63,975 bases of DNA from Lama glama (taxonomy: Eukaryota): contig CM052816.1 of assembly GCA_028534125.1 (NCBI GenBank), forward strand, positions 58,902,026 through 58,966,000, read 5' to 3'. The notes beneath the pieces were generated by a model. That model was not told the origin of the DNA. It searched no databases and saw only the letters and a program-made list of their open reading frames with translations. How positions within the stretch are numbered: position 1 is the stretch's first letter; each line of letters opens with the position of its first letter. This document shows positions 24,626-37,256 of this stretch, one piece after another. The translations under genes and the position numbers were made by a program.

Positions 24626-26073
24626 TGACTGGTGAATTTTACGAGGATCTGCATAGGGGAAGGTGAAACTTATTGGGACAGAGAGAGAAATGCAGTAGCA
24701 GTCACACCACTATCTCTCTGTCTCCCATAATTTGACATCACCAGAGAAAATATCTTTGTGTTATGTGTTTCATTAAAAAATATATATATAATGAACTATG
24801 TCAAAGCGTTTGTTTTGAAAGAGAGCTGGAAAATGGTGGAGGAGTGCTTTTCAGTTTTAGAATCAGCCTGTCTGTTGCTGCCTGGAGTTTCCTTTTGGGA
24901 CTGCAACCCCATTTTTTATTAGTGATGTTATTTCATGGCTGGTTTTCACCTTCATTTTTCATTAAAAATATACTATAGACTCTTTTTTTTCATTCACCCT
25001 CTTGAACCCATCATTCACTTGTCACGTGTACATTCTAATGCTTTGAAAATTGCTGCAATCATAGGTAATCTACAGAATTCTGCCTTATTAACAGCGCAGC
25101 CAGGAGCTAATCATGAGTCTTCATTTTCCAGACACAATTCACAGTCCTCCAGGAACGACTGCTGCATCACTTGCCTTCTTTCTTTTACTCCGCATTGTTT
25201 TGCATTCTGAATTCATTTGGTTTTTTGGCTACTTTAAGGATCTTTTCCTTTGAGCTTTCTCGCTGCATGTACACCATGAGCTTAGACTATTTTGTCTGAC
25301 TTGACCACCCATTTAATTAATTATCTGGTCAGTTCCATCAAAAACATTAAATTCTTTTTCTCGACAACATTGAACCAACTATTCAATCAATTTGATAAAT
25401 TAATTCAATTCAAGCAGTCTTAACAGCCATCAACGATGACTTGCCTTCTGTCTCAGAGAAATTTACCTTTTTCTTTGAACTTTCCTTTGTATTCTTTTTA
25501 TTCAGTGCCTTCCTTTTCCTTTTGCTTCAAACTGACCTCAGAGCTCTTTCTGAGGTATGCACTTTTCTTGAATCCTGGAGCAGCTTATGTGTCCTGGATT
25601 GTATTACAGACTTCTATTGCTTGAAGGGACAGCAAGAGTTTTCTTGTTTCCAGATCTCTGCCTAGTAGGGCTGAATGCAATAAAACCAGAAAAAAGTGTG
25701 TGTTTTGTATATGCTATATACATATAAGTTCATAAAACTTATGTCTGGTTTTTTTTGTACTCTTGAACGCCAGGCGTTTTGATGTAATCAAATTGGGATA
25801 AATGTCTAGGTAGTCTTATATTATTTACTGTGGGTAAACTTTTTTCTTTCCATCTTTTAAAAACCTGGGTATAAATTGCAATAAGACATTTCTTAATTGT
25901 TTCCTACTCTGGCCTTTATATTAGTTATCAGTAATTACAAGTCACATTGTGGTTTCACTTCAGAGTTTCGAATTTGAAAACATTGAAAAATTTTCAAGTG
26001 ACTCAAATCAATGATGGAGATGTTTATAAACATTTTCTGCTTCTGATTTTTTGGTAAGATATAGAGAGTGTGT

Positions 26074-26247
26074 TTTATTTTGAAGTATAGTTGGTTTGTA
26101 ATATTGTGTTGGTTTCTGGTGTAGAACATAGTGATTCAGTTATACACACATATATATATTTCATATTCTTTTTCATTATAGGCTATTGTAAGATATTGAA
26201 TCGTAGTTCCCTGTGCTATAAGTAGGACCTTGTTGCTTATCTATTTT
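26074..26247 (-). mobile_element. LINE-1 3' end (cetartiodactyl type)
   Basis: ttgaagtatagttggtttgtaatattgtg...gttccctgtgctataagtaggaccttgttg. Confidence 0.82.
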
Positions 26248-26514
26248 AAGAATAGTAGTTAGTACTGCTTCTGATTCTTATACCTTTTCCTCCCCTACCC
26301 CTTCTCCTGCTTCCTGCACAAAGATACATAAAGCTCATGACACATATATGCTTCCTGGGCATTTCTGAGCATTTTTTTCGTATGGAATATGCCTTATACA
26401 TTATATTATGCATTATATCACAGTAAAACCTCAAGATCCTGGCATGGCTTGGCACAGAGTATTTGAATGATTGTTGTTTTGAATAACTTGATTTGTCACA
26501 AAATCTTTTCAGTA

Positions 26515-26630
26515 TATATGTGTGGGTGGGGAAAGCTATGTGCAAACTCTGTATTTCCTGCTCAATTCTGCTGTGAACCTGCAACTGCTCTAAAAAATAA
26601 AGGCTATTAAAAAAAATTTGAAAAAAAAAA
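26515..26630 (+). mobile_element. LINE-1 3' terminus (L1MC/MD-like)
   Basis: actctgtatttcctgctcaattctgctgtgaacctgcaactgctctaaaaaataaag followed by an A tail. Confidence 0.7.
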
Positions 26631-26793
26631 CTTTTCCCCCCAACTTTTTTTTTAAATGGAAATTTTCTAAAATAAATTCTGTACTCTATATCCCAGTCAT
26701 TGGAGAACATAAAATATAATTGTACTTTTTCTTTATCATGAAGGGCATCCATTAGAGAAAGTTGCTGGGTTGTAGAGGCAAGGGCTTTGGAGG

Positions 26794-26932
26794 TTTTTTT
26801 TTTTTTTTTAAAGGCTGTTTTTCTTAATTTATTTTAATTTTTAAATTTTTTTTAAAAAATGAAGGTACTGGGGATTGAACCCAGGACCTTCTGCATGCTA
26901 AGCATGCACTCTACTCCTGAGCTATACCCACC
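26794..26932 (-). mobile_element. tRNA-Ala-derived SINE (camelid vic-1-like)
   Basis: Minus strand gggtatagctcaggagtagagtgcatgcttagcatgcagaaggtcctgggttcaatccccagtacc: tRNA-Ala-like head with pol III A/B boxes, then an A-rich tail. Confidence 0.88.
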
Positions 26933-26951
26933 ACGCTGAAGTTGGGTTTTG

Positions 26952-27462
26952 ATTCAATCAGAATTCTTGATTGGAAGCAACAGAAATAAATGGACTTTGG
27001 CTTATTCAGGATAGAGGGCATTCAGACAATTGTACAGAGGGCTGGAGACACTGAATCTTGAGGTTAAGCTTCCAGAAATAATGCCTTAATACAGGCCACA
27101 GACCTGGCACTATAAGAAAACTACATCCACTGCAGCAATTGGGTAGCACAGTTAAATATAAGTTCTATGCCAGAAACTTCACCTTAAGCTTCTCCTGTTG
27201 TCACTAGTATGAGAGAGGGAGAAGAAAAGGAGAAAGAAGGATTGAGAACACTGAGTGTGAGTGAACATTCTGTACCAAGTCTAGAGTGATGCTCTGAATC
27301 TTTGTTTCATGGGTGTGCCCTAATGGGAGGGAGAGCTGACATTTTCAGCTCCTCTGTGGGGAGGTTGTCTTTTACTGACCAAAACTCATAAAATGTGCAA
27401 TTCCTGAAACAAAGAAAGGGATTCATATAGGAAAGCTAAGATAAATGTCAGATGCCCACTGT
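26952..27462 (-). mobile_element. Old MaLR LTR (MLT1K/L-like)
   Basis: atcagaattcttgattggaagcaacagaaa start and cagatgcccact end; degenerate. Confidence 0.45.
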
Positions 27463-27883
27463 AAGTATAGTATAGTTAAATATACAGTATCCCAGGACAA
27501 ATCTTGGTGTGCGCTTCCATGCATCTGCCCTGAATGAGCCCAGTTCCTTGTTTCTTTCTCAAGTAAGTGGCATGCAGCCTGTGCAATTACAGCGTAAGGT
27601 GGTTGCCTTTCTGCAGAGTCAAAATCAAAACCTCTTAAGATGTTTTCTTGTCCTCAGTAAAATTCAATATTCTTATCATTCAAGTTTGGCTTTTTTGGCA
27701 CTATTTGAAACATTATCTTATTTTAACATCCAGAGCTATTTGTTTTAGCTTCATGGGAATTTTCAGGGGTCAGTCTTTGAAAATATCAGGATTTACCCCT
27801 AGCCTATTAAAGATAGATGATGTTTTTGTGATTGCAGGCATCACTGGGCATTTCTGTTTCCTGGATTTCTTTAGTTCCTAATA

Positions 27884-28099
27884 CAGTTGGCCCTTGAACA
27901 ACGTAAGTTTGAACTGCATGGGTCCACTTATTTGTGGATTTTTTTTCACTAATACTAACTGCTATATATAGAATAATAGATAAACAATAAGGTCCTACTG
28001 TGTAGCACAGGGAACTATATTTAATACCTTGTAATATCCTATAATAAAAAAATAGAAAAAAGGAATATATATATATGTGTGTGAATATATATATGTGTA

Positions 28100-28143
<44 letters not shown>

Positions 28144-28349
28144 TGAGTCACTATGCTGTACACCAGAAACTAATACACCATTGTAAATCAACTATACTTC
28201 AATTAAAAAAATACTACTATAGTACTACACAATCATCAGTTGGTTAAATTCATGGATGTTGAGGGGTGTATATGTGGATTTTTGACTGAGCAGATGGTCG
28301 GTGCCCTAACAACCCCCTCTTGCCCCCTGTGTTGTTTAAGAGTCAATTA
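27884..28349. mobile_element. Tigger2-derived MITE (TcMar-Tigger), interrupted by an L1
   Basis: TIRs cagttggcccttgaacaac ... gttgtttaagagtcaatta, with TA flanks; internal tttgaactgcatgggtccactta matches recalled Tigger2. Confidence 0.8.
27958..28210 (+). mobile_element. LINE-1 3' end nested in the Tigger2 MITE, with an internal (TA)n/(TG)n microsatellite
   Basis: aaggtcctactgtgtagcacagggaactatat...tgtaaatcaactatacttcaattaaaaaa; aatacta duplicated on both sides; (TA)n at about 28108-28139. Confidence 0.85.
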
Positions 28350-28789
28350 TAATTGTGAAATTTGGAGTTCTAGATAAAGGTTAATTCAAGCTTACCATTA
28401 GTCTAGCTATAAAGAAGTTGGAATGGAATTCACTGTATACATCCAGATGATTGAGTGTGTCAGTTTACTTTTTTATGAATGGAAGTGATCCCGCTTGGGC
28501 TGGACTCCTGGGTGCTGGGAGAGTGGTTGAGATGACGAGGAAATGGGAGAGGCAGAGACCATGGAGGAACCTAGAATCTCCTGACTCCAGGGCACCGTGG
28601 CTATGCTTCTTACCTCTAAAACGATCATCCAGAAATTCAACTACCTAAGCTCTTGAGCCCCAGCCTTTTCAGTATTTATTGTACTGCCTATCAGCTGTTT
28701 TGAGTTGTAGAAGCACTGGTAGTAGATTTCGATGGGAAGGAAGAGACATTCAAAAGTATTATCTAAAATTAAAAGGCTATATTTTCAAG

Positions 28790-28975
28790 AATTAAGTTTG
28801 GTTCAGATCCAGGCTCTACACTATATAAACTTGGGCAAGTTAGTCAACTTCTCTGACCTCCAGCATCTTTCTATGCAAAGTGGGGATAACTGTGCTTGTT
28901 TTGTATAGTGAAGATTAAATGAGATAAGTCGGTAAATCGCTTCTTATAGAGAAAGGACTCAGTAAATGTCAGATC
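28790..28975 (+). mobile_element. MIR SINE
   Basis: ggttcagatccaggctct...cttgggcaagttagtcaacttctctgacctc...gaagattaaatgagataa. Confidence 0.75.
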
Positions 28976-30375
28976 CCTCCTTCTGTGGAGTTTATTTATG
29001 CACACCGACCCCATCTCTTCTGTGGTGCCCTTAACATCTTTTTAGAGCATTGTTGGTGGAGGATGCTGTCAGTCCAGAGTTTGACAGCCTCTCATTCCTT
29101 TGTATGTCAAATGTCACTCCTGAAATCATAATGAACTTCCCAATTTTTTTTTTCATAACTTGATGGGGTTAGGGAATTATGCCTATTCTGGGAACATTCC
29201 AGCATCGAAGCTGTATACCAGAAGAAGTGAAATTCTGGCAACATACCTCCTCCAAGGAATTAATTCTGTTTTTCGAAGGACTACTACATAAATTTTGCTT
29301 TACATTATATTTCCTAAATTGTATTTATTTCTTTATTTATAAGCAATGCAATAATTTAAAAGAAAGCACCATCTTGGCTTATATTTCCCCCCAAAACAAT
29401 AGCTTTCTTCATTAGAATGTCTCATTTAAAAAGTAGTATTTGTGCTTTCTCTGTCAGCCTTCCAAAAAATTCACTGCTGGGCAGAGAAAGAGGTTGATAA
29501 ATAAAAAGTAATTTGTTCGTAAAATTTATAAGCTGCTAGAAATCAGGGCCTGGGAAGAAAGTGCCAAGTCAGCTTTAAATAGGAGATAATAATCAAAACA
29601 GCAAATGTACAAGTGCATTATGGTAAGAATAAATCAACTGGCAAGGCTCAATGAGAACAATATCGAAAAAACAACCAAGTGAAGAAATGTCAAATGAAGG
29701 ATCATCTTCACTTGCAAAGAATCTATTCAAATCATAAATTTAGTGCAGGATTTTTGCTTCTCAAAACCTTAGGCAGCAACAACAAAACAACAACAACGGA
29801 GCCCTTTGTTTTCCCACAGGCTCCTCACATTCTTTGTCTGACAGGCTTTTTCAGTGGACTGTGCTTTTCATTGCAGGTTTAACCCTAAAAGAAGGGCTCC
29901 TGCAAGCTCTGCTTGGGGCTGGAGATATAGATCATCAATTCGGCATAAGTTTGCTTCTTTAACTGGCCTTTGCCATAAAGGGCATTTGTTGACCATTTTA
30001 GTCTCAGTTGCCTAAAGCCAATGTTCCATGAAACAAGCACTTTACAACAGTAAAATACCTTCATTATTATTTCTTTTTCTGCTGTCCCTTTACATTTATT
30101 CTGTGTTAGTTCTTCCCTGCCCCTGGATGAAAGATAAAATTTAGGGCAAGTCCTAGTAGCTTTCTGGCCACTTTGAGGTAACAAAAGATCAGGCCGGTAT
30201 AGTAATAGAATCAGTGTATTTCATTAAAGGTTAGTGTTTCTCCTCTTCTCCCAGCTCTAGCCTACTGAAAGCTGGCTAGAGGCACTGGGCCAAAGGGGAT
30301 TGGGTCAACCTTTTTTGTTTTCCTCCAATGTGCATCATACCCCTCCTTCCTTATTTTGAGATGAAAGCCACTATT

Positions 30376-30469
30376 AAAAAAATTTTTTTTCAATGGAGAT
30401 ACTGGGAGGTGAATCCAGGACCTTGTGCATGCTAAGCACACACTCTACTACTGAGCTAAACCCACCCCA
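30376..30469 (-). mobile_element. tRNA-Ala-derived SINE (vic-1-like)
   Basis: Same tRNA-like head as the 26794 copy; perfect 12-bp TSD aaagccactatt (30364-30375, 30470-30481). Confidence 0.9.
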
Positions 30470-30654
30470 AAAGCCACTATTTCAGGTCAATTTCAACGTA
30501 GGAGGTAGGAGGGGCTACGAAGAGGAGACATGGAGCCAGAAACGGTCTTACTTGACTAGTTCTGTCATCAGAAGGCAGCTGACTCCACAGATGGGCCCCC
30601 TTGATTGTTGGGCATTTTGTGGGTTCTCTGAGTATCCCCACTTCTGGAAAGATC

Positions 30655-31400
30655 TTACTTGCAATCCATCATTAAATCTGTTCTGCCTTCAAAAAATACC
30701 CCCAGTCTTAACATTTCATATGTTCCTCATGTTCCATGCCACTATCACCTCTGTCCTAGATTACTGCAGTGGCCTCTTCCTAACTGGTCTTCCTGTTTCT
30801 GCCTGTGTTCCTTAGTCTTTTTTTATATATGGCAGCTAGGGAAATCCTTTAAACATTTAGTTCAGATCACGTTATAGCTTTGTTCAAATTGCCTGGTGGC
30901 TTCCTGTCTCACTTGAAGTCCCTGAATGGGCTGCAGGCTACACAGTTTACTCTTCCTCAACCACACTTGCTGACCTCCTCTTCTTCCAGTCTCCTCACTT
31001 TCTGGCACACAGCAGACATGATTCTACCTCATGTGCTGTCCTCTCTACCTGGGATACTTTCCCTCAAATAACCACATCTCACTCCCTCAACTATTTAAAT
31101 CTTTGCACAAATGTCTCTTTCTTAGTAAGCTTCTCCCTGACCATTCCATTGAAAACTGCAAAGCTGCCTTTCTCCCAGCACTCACCCTGTTTTCCTCCCT
31201 TGCTTTCTTTTTCTCTGTAACTCTATTTTTTGACTTATGATATATTTTTTGCTCATATACTTTTCTCCTCCTTTGGTATAAACTTGTTAAAAGCAGAAGT
31301 GTTATCAGTTTTATTCACAGTTGTATCCTTGGCACATAGAACAGTGCTTGACATGTAGTAGGTAATTCATAATATTTTTGAATCAATGAGTGAATGATCA
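30655..31400 (+). mobile_element. LINE-2 (L2a-like) 3' portion
   Basis: caatccatcattaaatctg...ctagattactgcagtggcctc...tcagatcacg...cttgacatgtagtagg...gaatcaatgagtgaatga. Confidence 0.8.
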
Positions 31401-31469
31401 GTTATACTTATGTTTTATTGTACATCATCTGTTCATACAACCCTAGCTCTCTTTAGGCTCTAGAGAGTA

Positions 31470-31578
31470 AGGTCAAGATCTTGGTCATTTTGTGTTCCCT
31501 GTGTATCTAGCTCAGTGTCTGGCACAGAATAAGTTCTCAGTAAATATTTATTGAATAAATTAAAGAATGAATGAATCC
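31470..31578 (+). mobile_element. LINE-2 3' terminus
   Basis: ctagctcagtgtctggcacagaataagttctcagtaaatatttattgaataaat...gaatgaatgaat. Confidence 0.7.
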
Positions 31579-31745
31579 AGAAAGATAATTGGAGAGGTGG
31601 AACAAAGAAATGGAGGAGTAAACTATCACAGAAGATTGGGGAGGAGAAAGTTTCAAGGCAAAGTAAAGTGGTCACATATTAAGGGGGGAGGAAGCCCTGG
31701 AATTTGGGATGGGGAAGGGGCTGTGGACCTTTGAGGAGTGATGGA

Positions 31746-31783
31746 GTGGAGGGTGGATGACAGGGTGGAGGGTGGATGACAGG
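31746..31783. repeat. 19-bp perfect tandem duplication
   Basis: gtggagggtggatgacagg twice. Confidence 0.9.
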
Positions 31784-34700
31784 TTGCAGTGGGATGAGGG
31801 GTGAGGCAGAGGTGACTGAGAAGAGGCTGCAGAATGTGGAGGACTCTGTCCAGAAGAAGCTTGTGAGGGGTTGAAATGGAATTCAGCCTGAAGGGCAGTT
31901 GGGTGGGGGAATTTTGTGTGTATATTAGTACATGGGAGAATTGAAGATGTTCGTAGGATGAAGTACTTGTAGAGAGAGATTAAAATTCAATAGAGAGGGG
32001 ACAGATGTGGGAGCAGATCTGGGAGGGGAGAGGAGGACGAGAGAAGACTCAGTCCTGGAAGAAGTAAAGCTCTTTTCTGAGGTAGGAGCTGTCACTGGTC
32101 CTGGTTTGGATGCACAGGTGTGAAGTGAAGGAGGGAGGAAACCACTTACCTACCTATGCACCTACCTACTTATTTATCTGTGTTTTTCTGTCTGTCTACT
32201 CATCAGTCCATCTGTTCATCTACCCATCGTTTCTTCTATCTGTTCATCTATCAAATATTCCATTTGTCCTAGAACCCAGAGTCATTTCCTTGGTCCTTCT
32301 GACTGCTCATCCCCAGGGATGCTGGGGAAGCCTGTGATACTTTCGGGTGGGACAAGATATGAAAACTTTTCCCAAGTTACCTACAGCTGGAAAGCTAGGA
32401 GTTTTGAATTGCCTTATGCAGTGATTTCTCTAGCCTGGAGGTCACTTTGAGGTCAGATATACATAGTGCAAGATGAAAAACAACAGCTTACTAATATTTA
32501 GCACTTTATACTTTTCATAGTATTTTAAAATCCAAAATGTACCACCTAATTGCTTACTTCCATTCACTTCTCTGCAGACTAGGCAAGATGATTGTAGGTA
32601 AATAATTTCCCACCTTTCCCTATAACATCCAGCAAAAGAATTGTGAAATGCTTTTATTTCTCTTCCAATAATTACCACTTGTCTTTATGAACAATGGAAG
32701 GGAACCAAATAAAGAGTAAATGGAAGAAATGAAAAAATAAATCCACTCTGACTTGACACTCTGTCCAGTTAATGGACCCTACAGAAGAGCCACATTAACA
32801 CTGACACTGTTTTTAATGATGGTATAATTCAATATGTGCACTCATTCGGGACATTTATAGATTATTAATTACACATACACATGGTATTCAAGCTATGAAT
32901 GTAATTACCCAGGGTCTATCTTTCCTTGCTAGCCCAGCATCTTAGACCTGTTTCCTGAATCACCCCTGGGTGTTGTGTGCTCCTCTGAATCATTTTGGCA
33001 AAGTCCTTCTTAGCCTCTGCTTGTATTGACCTGGCAGGCACCTCTGGCTAAGTACCTGCTTCAAGATATTGATTCTCAGGGCAAAGGTACTGTGATGATT
33101 ATGACACCCCCAATTATGCTCATGTTCATAGAGGGGACATGGGAAGCAGATCACAGAGGTTGATTTATTTCAGAGACTTAGGGGACGTCCTTGTTGCCCT
33201 TGCCTCTGAATCTGGGCTTAAAGACAGTTTAAAAATGATGAGGGCTGTTAACGGGAGAAAGAGACAGGATGAGCAGATGGTCCATTGGAGGCCAAGAGCC
33301 TAAACTGATGGTAAACCAGGGTGCAGATTAGGAAGCAGGGGCTTCCTTGGGGAAATGTATTTCTTGTTCCCAGATGCGGAGGAGTTATTCAGGAGCAATA
33401 AGGGTGACCTTAAAGACGGGCCAATCTCTGTGACTAGTTTCCACTCCAGTTTCCGTGGCTTTGCCTGGTGCTTCTTGAGGAGCCCAATGAGGTGGGGTGT
33501 GGACTCTGCCTTCATTAGTGAGGAGGGGACACGGGGTCCTTCTTTCTCTCTCCCCACAATGTACTGGTATTACTATTATTTTTCTGATTGTAAGCATAGT
33601 ATGTGCTGATTATAAAATCCTAAACATTTTAGACATAAAGAAGAAAGCGAAAGTCTCTTTAATTCTACACCACAGACATGACCATTGCTATATTCCGTTG
33701 TTAACTTTTCCAAGTTTTCTATGCATCTAATAAACATAACACATATATATCTTTAAGAGAAATTAAGTCGTATTAGACCCATTCTTCTATAAAATTTTTT
33801 AATATAAATATTTCATGGACATCTTTCTATGCTAATCATATAGATTTTCTTGTTCTTTGCCAATGCTTAGAAGTATGTAGTTATATGGCTATAGTACAAT
33901 TTAGTTAATAGGTCATTTGGATTTAATTAAACCGTTTTTTTTTTTAAACAAGATAGGCTGAAAAAGAAATTATATACATTATTTCCTTTGAGCAGATTCT
34001 ACAAGCTTAACAGCTAGGTCAAAAGGAATATTTATGTAAATTTTTGGTGTATATTGTCTCACTTATTACCTCCAAAAAGTTAAACTAATTTGCACTTCAC
34101 AAGTAGATTATTTAAACCTTCACCAGCTGTTGCTAATCTTAAGGTGGAAAATGATATTTCATTGTTATTTTAATTTATGTTTCTTTGATTACTAATCAGG
34201 CTGAATACCTTTTCATATGGCAATTTGTTTCTTCTTTTGAAATTGTTCTGCTCATGAGGCTTCACTTATTTTTGAGGAAAAGGAGGTCACTTCTCTTGTT
34301 TTTAATTGATGTATAAAAACTCTTCAGAAAATAGAGATATTAACTTTCAGCTGCTTTATATGTTATATATTTCCCCTAAAATATATCTTATTGCTGCTTT
34401 TATTTATTATTATTTTTAAAATCAAGGATCCAATCAAGTTTCAGTCATTGTATATGGTTTTTACCTTTAGTAAAACCTTTAGTTTATTTAGTTTCTTTTT
34501 AATGGAGAACAGTCAGTCAAAATTTTTTCCCAGTTAATATTGACTTTTTAAAAGAGATTGTTATTGATTTAAAAAATGTTCTGTATCATATTATTTATGT
34601 TTCCTTCTATTCTTAGTTTACCCATAGGTTTAAACTGTAGTGAATATAGAATTTGTAAGCTGCATTTTCTGCACTTACCAAATGATCATTTAGTTTTCTG

Positions 34701-35778
34701 TTTTAATTTATTGATCTAGTGAATGATATTGATAGATTTTTCTGATGTTGATCCATCCTTGAATTCCAGAAATAAATCTTGGTTAGAGGTGTGCTGGTCT
34801 TTTAATGTGTAACTGGTTCTACTTGCTAATACTATTTTAAGGATATATATATTCACAACTGAATTTGACTTATAGGTTACTTTTTTTTTTTTGACTGTCT
34901 TGGTCATTTTTGATATCAGAATTATATGTTTTGTGAAATGAGTTCTTGAAAGCTTTATAGAAATTTCTTATAAAGCCAACATCTGGAACTTTTTTGAGAA
35001 CTGAGTTTGCTAATTCTTTCAATTTCTGGTTGTTGGTTTTTTTTTTTAACTCAAGTCATTTCTCAGAAAATTACTAATTTTTTGGCTTTCACATTATTGG
35101 CATGAAGTTATAACTAGTAGTATTTTATTAAGAATAGTCCCTTTCCTATCTATGGTTGTATTTAATTTTTTGTTTCCATCGTATATGTGTTCTCAAACTT
35201 TTTCCTTCTGTTAGATTTGTCAAACATCTGTTAGTGCTTTTTAAAAAAGAACTAGTCTTAGGTTTACTCAACAATTCCAGTTATTTTAAACTTTCTAATT
35301 CATTGATTTCCTTTGTTTATTTTGTTGCTCTCTTCCTAGCTTCTGAATATAATATTCCAAAAATATTTATTCTAGACATTTCTTGTTTTAGGAAAGAACT
35401 TCGCTTTAAGGATATGATTTTCTCCTGAGTAAGGTTTTGGCTACATCCCATAGAATTTTCCATTTAGTGTTTCAATTAATTTCCAAATAATTTATAGGTT
35501 AAGTTTTTATTTACTCTTTGATGTAAGAGTTATTTGGAAGAGTGCGGTTTTAGATTTAATTCCATTTTAATCAGTGGGCTAGGGGTTTCTATAAGAATTC
35601 TACTTTTAGAAACTTAATGAGAAATGTTTTATGGACTATTAGATGATCTTTCTCTCTCTTTATTTTAAGTAAATGTTCTAGAGAGATTTGAAAACAATGT
35701 GTTCTCTCCCCTTTGGAAAGAGATAATAATTTGTTATGGAAGTTAACATTGTAAGTGTGTGTTATTCACATCTTTTCT

Positions 35779-35934
35779 TTTTTTTTAATTAAAAATTTTT
35801 TCCTTTTTAAAATTATTTTTAGGGGGAAAGTAGTTAGGTTTATTTATTTATTTTTTAATGGAGGTACTTGGACTGAATCCAGGACCTCCTGCATGCTAAG
35901 CAAGCACACTACCACTGAGCTGTACCCTCCCCCC
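35779..35934 (-). mobile_element. tRNA-Ala-derived SINE (vic-1-like, longer-tail variant)
   Basis: tRNA-like head plus an extra aaataaacctaactactttcccc segment; perfect 13-bp TSD tcacatcttttct (35766-35778, 35935-35947). Confidence 0.9.
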
Positions 35935-36103
35935 TCACATCTTTTCTGTATTTATTTTTTTGTCATCTTGACATGACAAATTTTGGGAATAGTTTGTTAA
36001 TCTTTCCCACTATGCCTCTGGGTTTTATAATTTTTTTTCCTATTTCTAACACTTCTTTTTGCTTTTTGGGGAGTAGTGTAGTAGGGAAGTTAACAGTACT
36101 GAT

Positions 36104-36305
36104 TATACTGTATAGCACAGGGAATTATATACAAGATCTTGTGGTAGCTCACAGAGGAAATAAAATGTGACAATGAATATATGTATGTTCATGTATAACT
36201 GAAAAATTGTGCTCTACACTGGAATTTGACACCACATTGTAAAATGACTATAACTCAATAAAAAAATGTGAAAAAAAAGTCACTGATCCCATTGAAAAAA
36301 AAAAA
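36104..36305 (+). mobile_element. Young LINE-1 3' end inserted into a MIR
   Basis: tatactgtatagcacagggaattatatacaagatcttgtggtagctcac...tataactcaataaaaaa; TSD aa(c/g)agtactgat at 36092-36103 and 36306-36317; homologous to the 37540-37771 copy. Confidence 0.88.
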
Positions 36306-36697
36306 AAGAGTACTGATGCTGGTCCACCTGCCTGGTTTGGATAGGACAAGTTTCCTTACCTGTAAAATCACATCATCTATTTGATAGGGCTCTTGCGAGG
36401 ATTATGTGAGTTGCTGTGTATGAAGAGGTTAGAACTGCATCTGACATACTCTGAGCACTCTGTTACTCTTTAGGTATCTGCTGCTATGGTACTGAGAGTG
36501 GAAACGTTCATGGTTGCTATATACTTTGACGAATCTGTTGTTTATCCACATGAAACAAGTTTCTTTGTCCTGTATAGAACTTTTTGCTATATATTACTAA
36601 AAGTGCTTTCTTTTTGTTTGTATTTGCCTGGTCTGTCCTTGTAAACAGCATGTAGTTGGAGCTCACTTTAAAAAAAAAATCAGTCTGAAAGTTCTTA

Positions 36698-37256
36698 TTT
36701 TTTTAAAAAATTGAAGTATAATTGACATACAATATTATATTAGATTCAGGTGTATAACACAGTGATTTGAAATTTATATACATTACAATATTATCACCTT
36801 GATAAGCCTAGTTACCTTCTCTCACCTTACAAAGTTATTAAATTATTGTTGACTGTATTCCCATGCTGTATATTACACTCCCATGACTTATTTATTTTAT
36901 GACTGGAATTTTGTACCTCTTAATCCCCTTCACCTATATCCCCCAACTCCCACCGCCCTTTTCTTTGGCAACCACTAGTTTGTTCTCTGTGTCTATGACT
37001 CTGTTCTTGTTTTGTTTTGTTTGTTCATTTGTTTTGTGTTTTGTATTCCATGTATAAGTCAAATCAGATGATATTTGTCTTTCTCTGCCTGACGTATTTC
37101 ACGTAGCAGAATACCTTCTAGGTCCATCCATGTTGTTGAGAGTGATAAGATTTCATTCTTTTTTTCTTTTAAATAGCGGGTGGTGTATATATATCACATC
37201 TTTTTTATCCATTCATCTATCAATGAACACTTAGATTGTTTCCATATCTTGACTAT
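36698..37256 (-). mobile_element. LINE-1 3' end (L1MA9/laurasiatherian type)
   Basis: ttgaagtataattgacatacaatattatattag...tctggcaaccactagtttgttctctg...ctaggtccatccatgttgtt; TSD tgaaa(g/a)ttctta at 36686-36697 and 37257-37268. Confidence 0.88.

Larger units (their letters stand above)
33570..36690 (-). mobile_element. Highly decayed old LINE-1 (L1M/ME-like) segments hosting younger insertions
   Basis: T-rich antisense-L1 motifs (ttcattgttattttaatttatgtttctttgattact; tgcattttctgcac...gatatt; catcccatagaatttt). Confidence 0.55.

Noticed and set aside
26246..26752. 168-aa minus-strand ORF
   Set aside because: Runs through an L1 fragment and poly(A/T) low-complexity sequence
26860..26932. tRNA-Ala-like sequence as a genuine tRNA gene
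   Set aside because: Diverged, attached to an A-rich tail and present in four dispersed copies, three with TSDs: a SINE, not a tRNA gene
32145..32265. Degenerate (ATCT/CTAT)-like tract giving a hydrophobic ORF
   Set aside because: Decayed simple repeat, not coding
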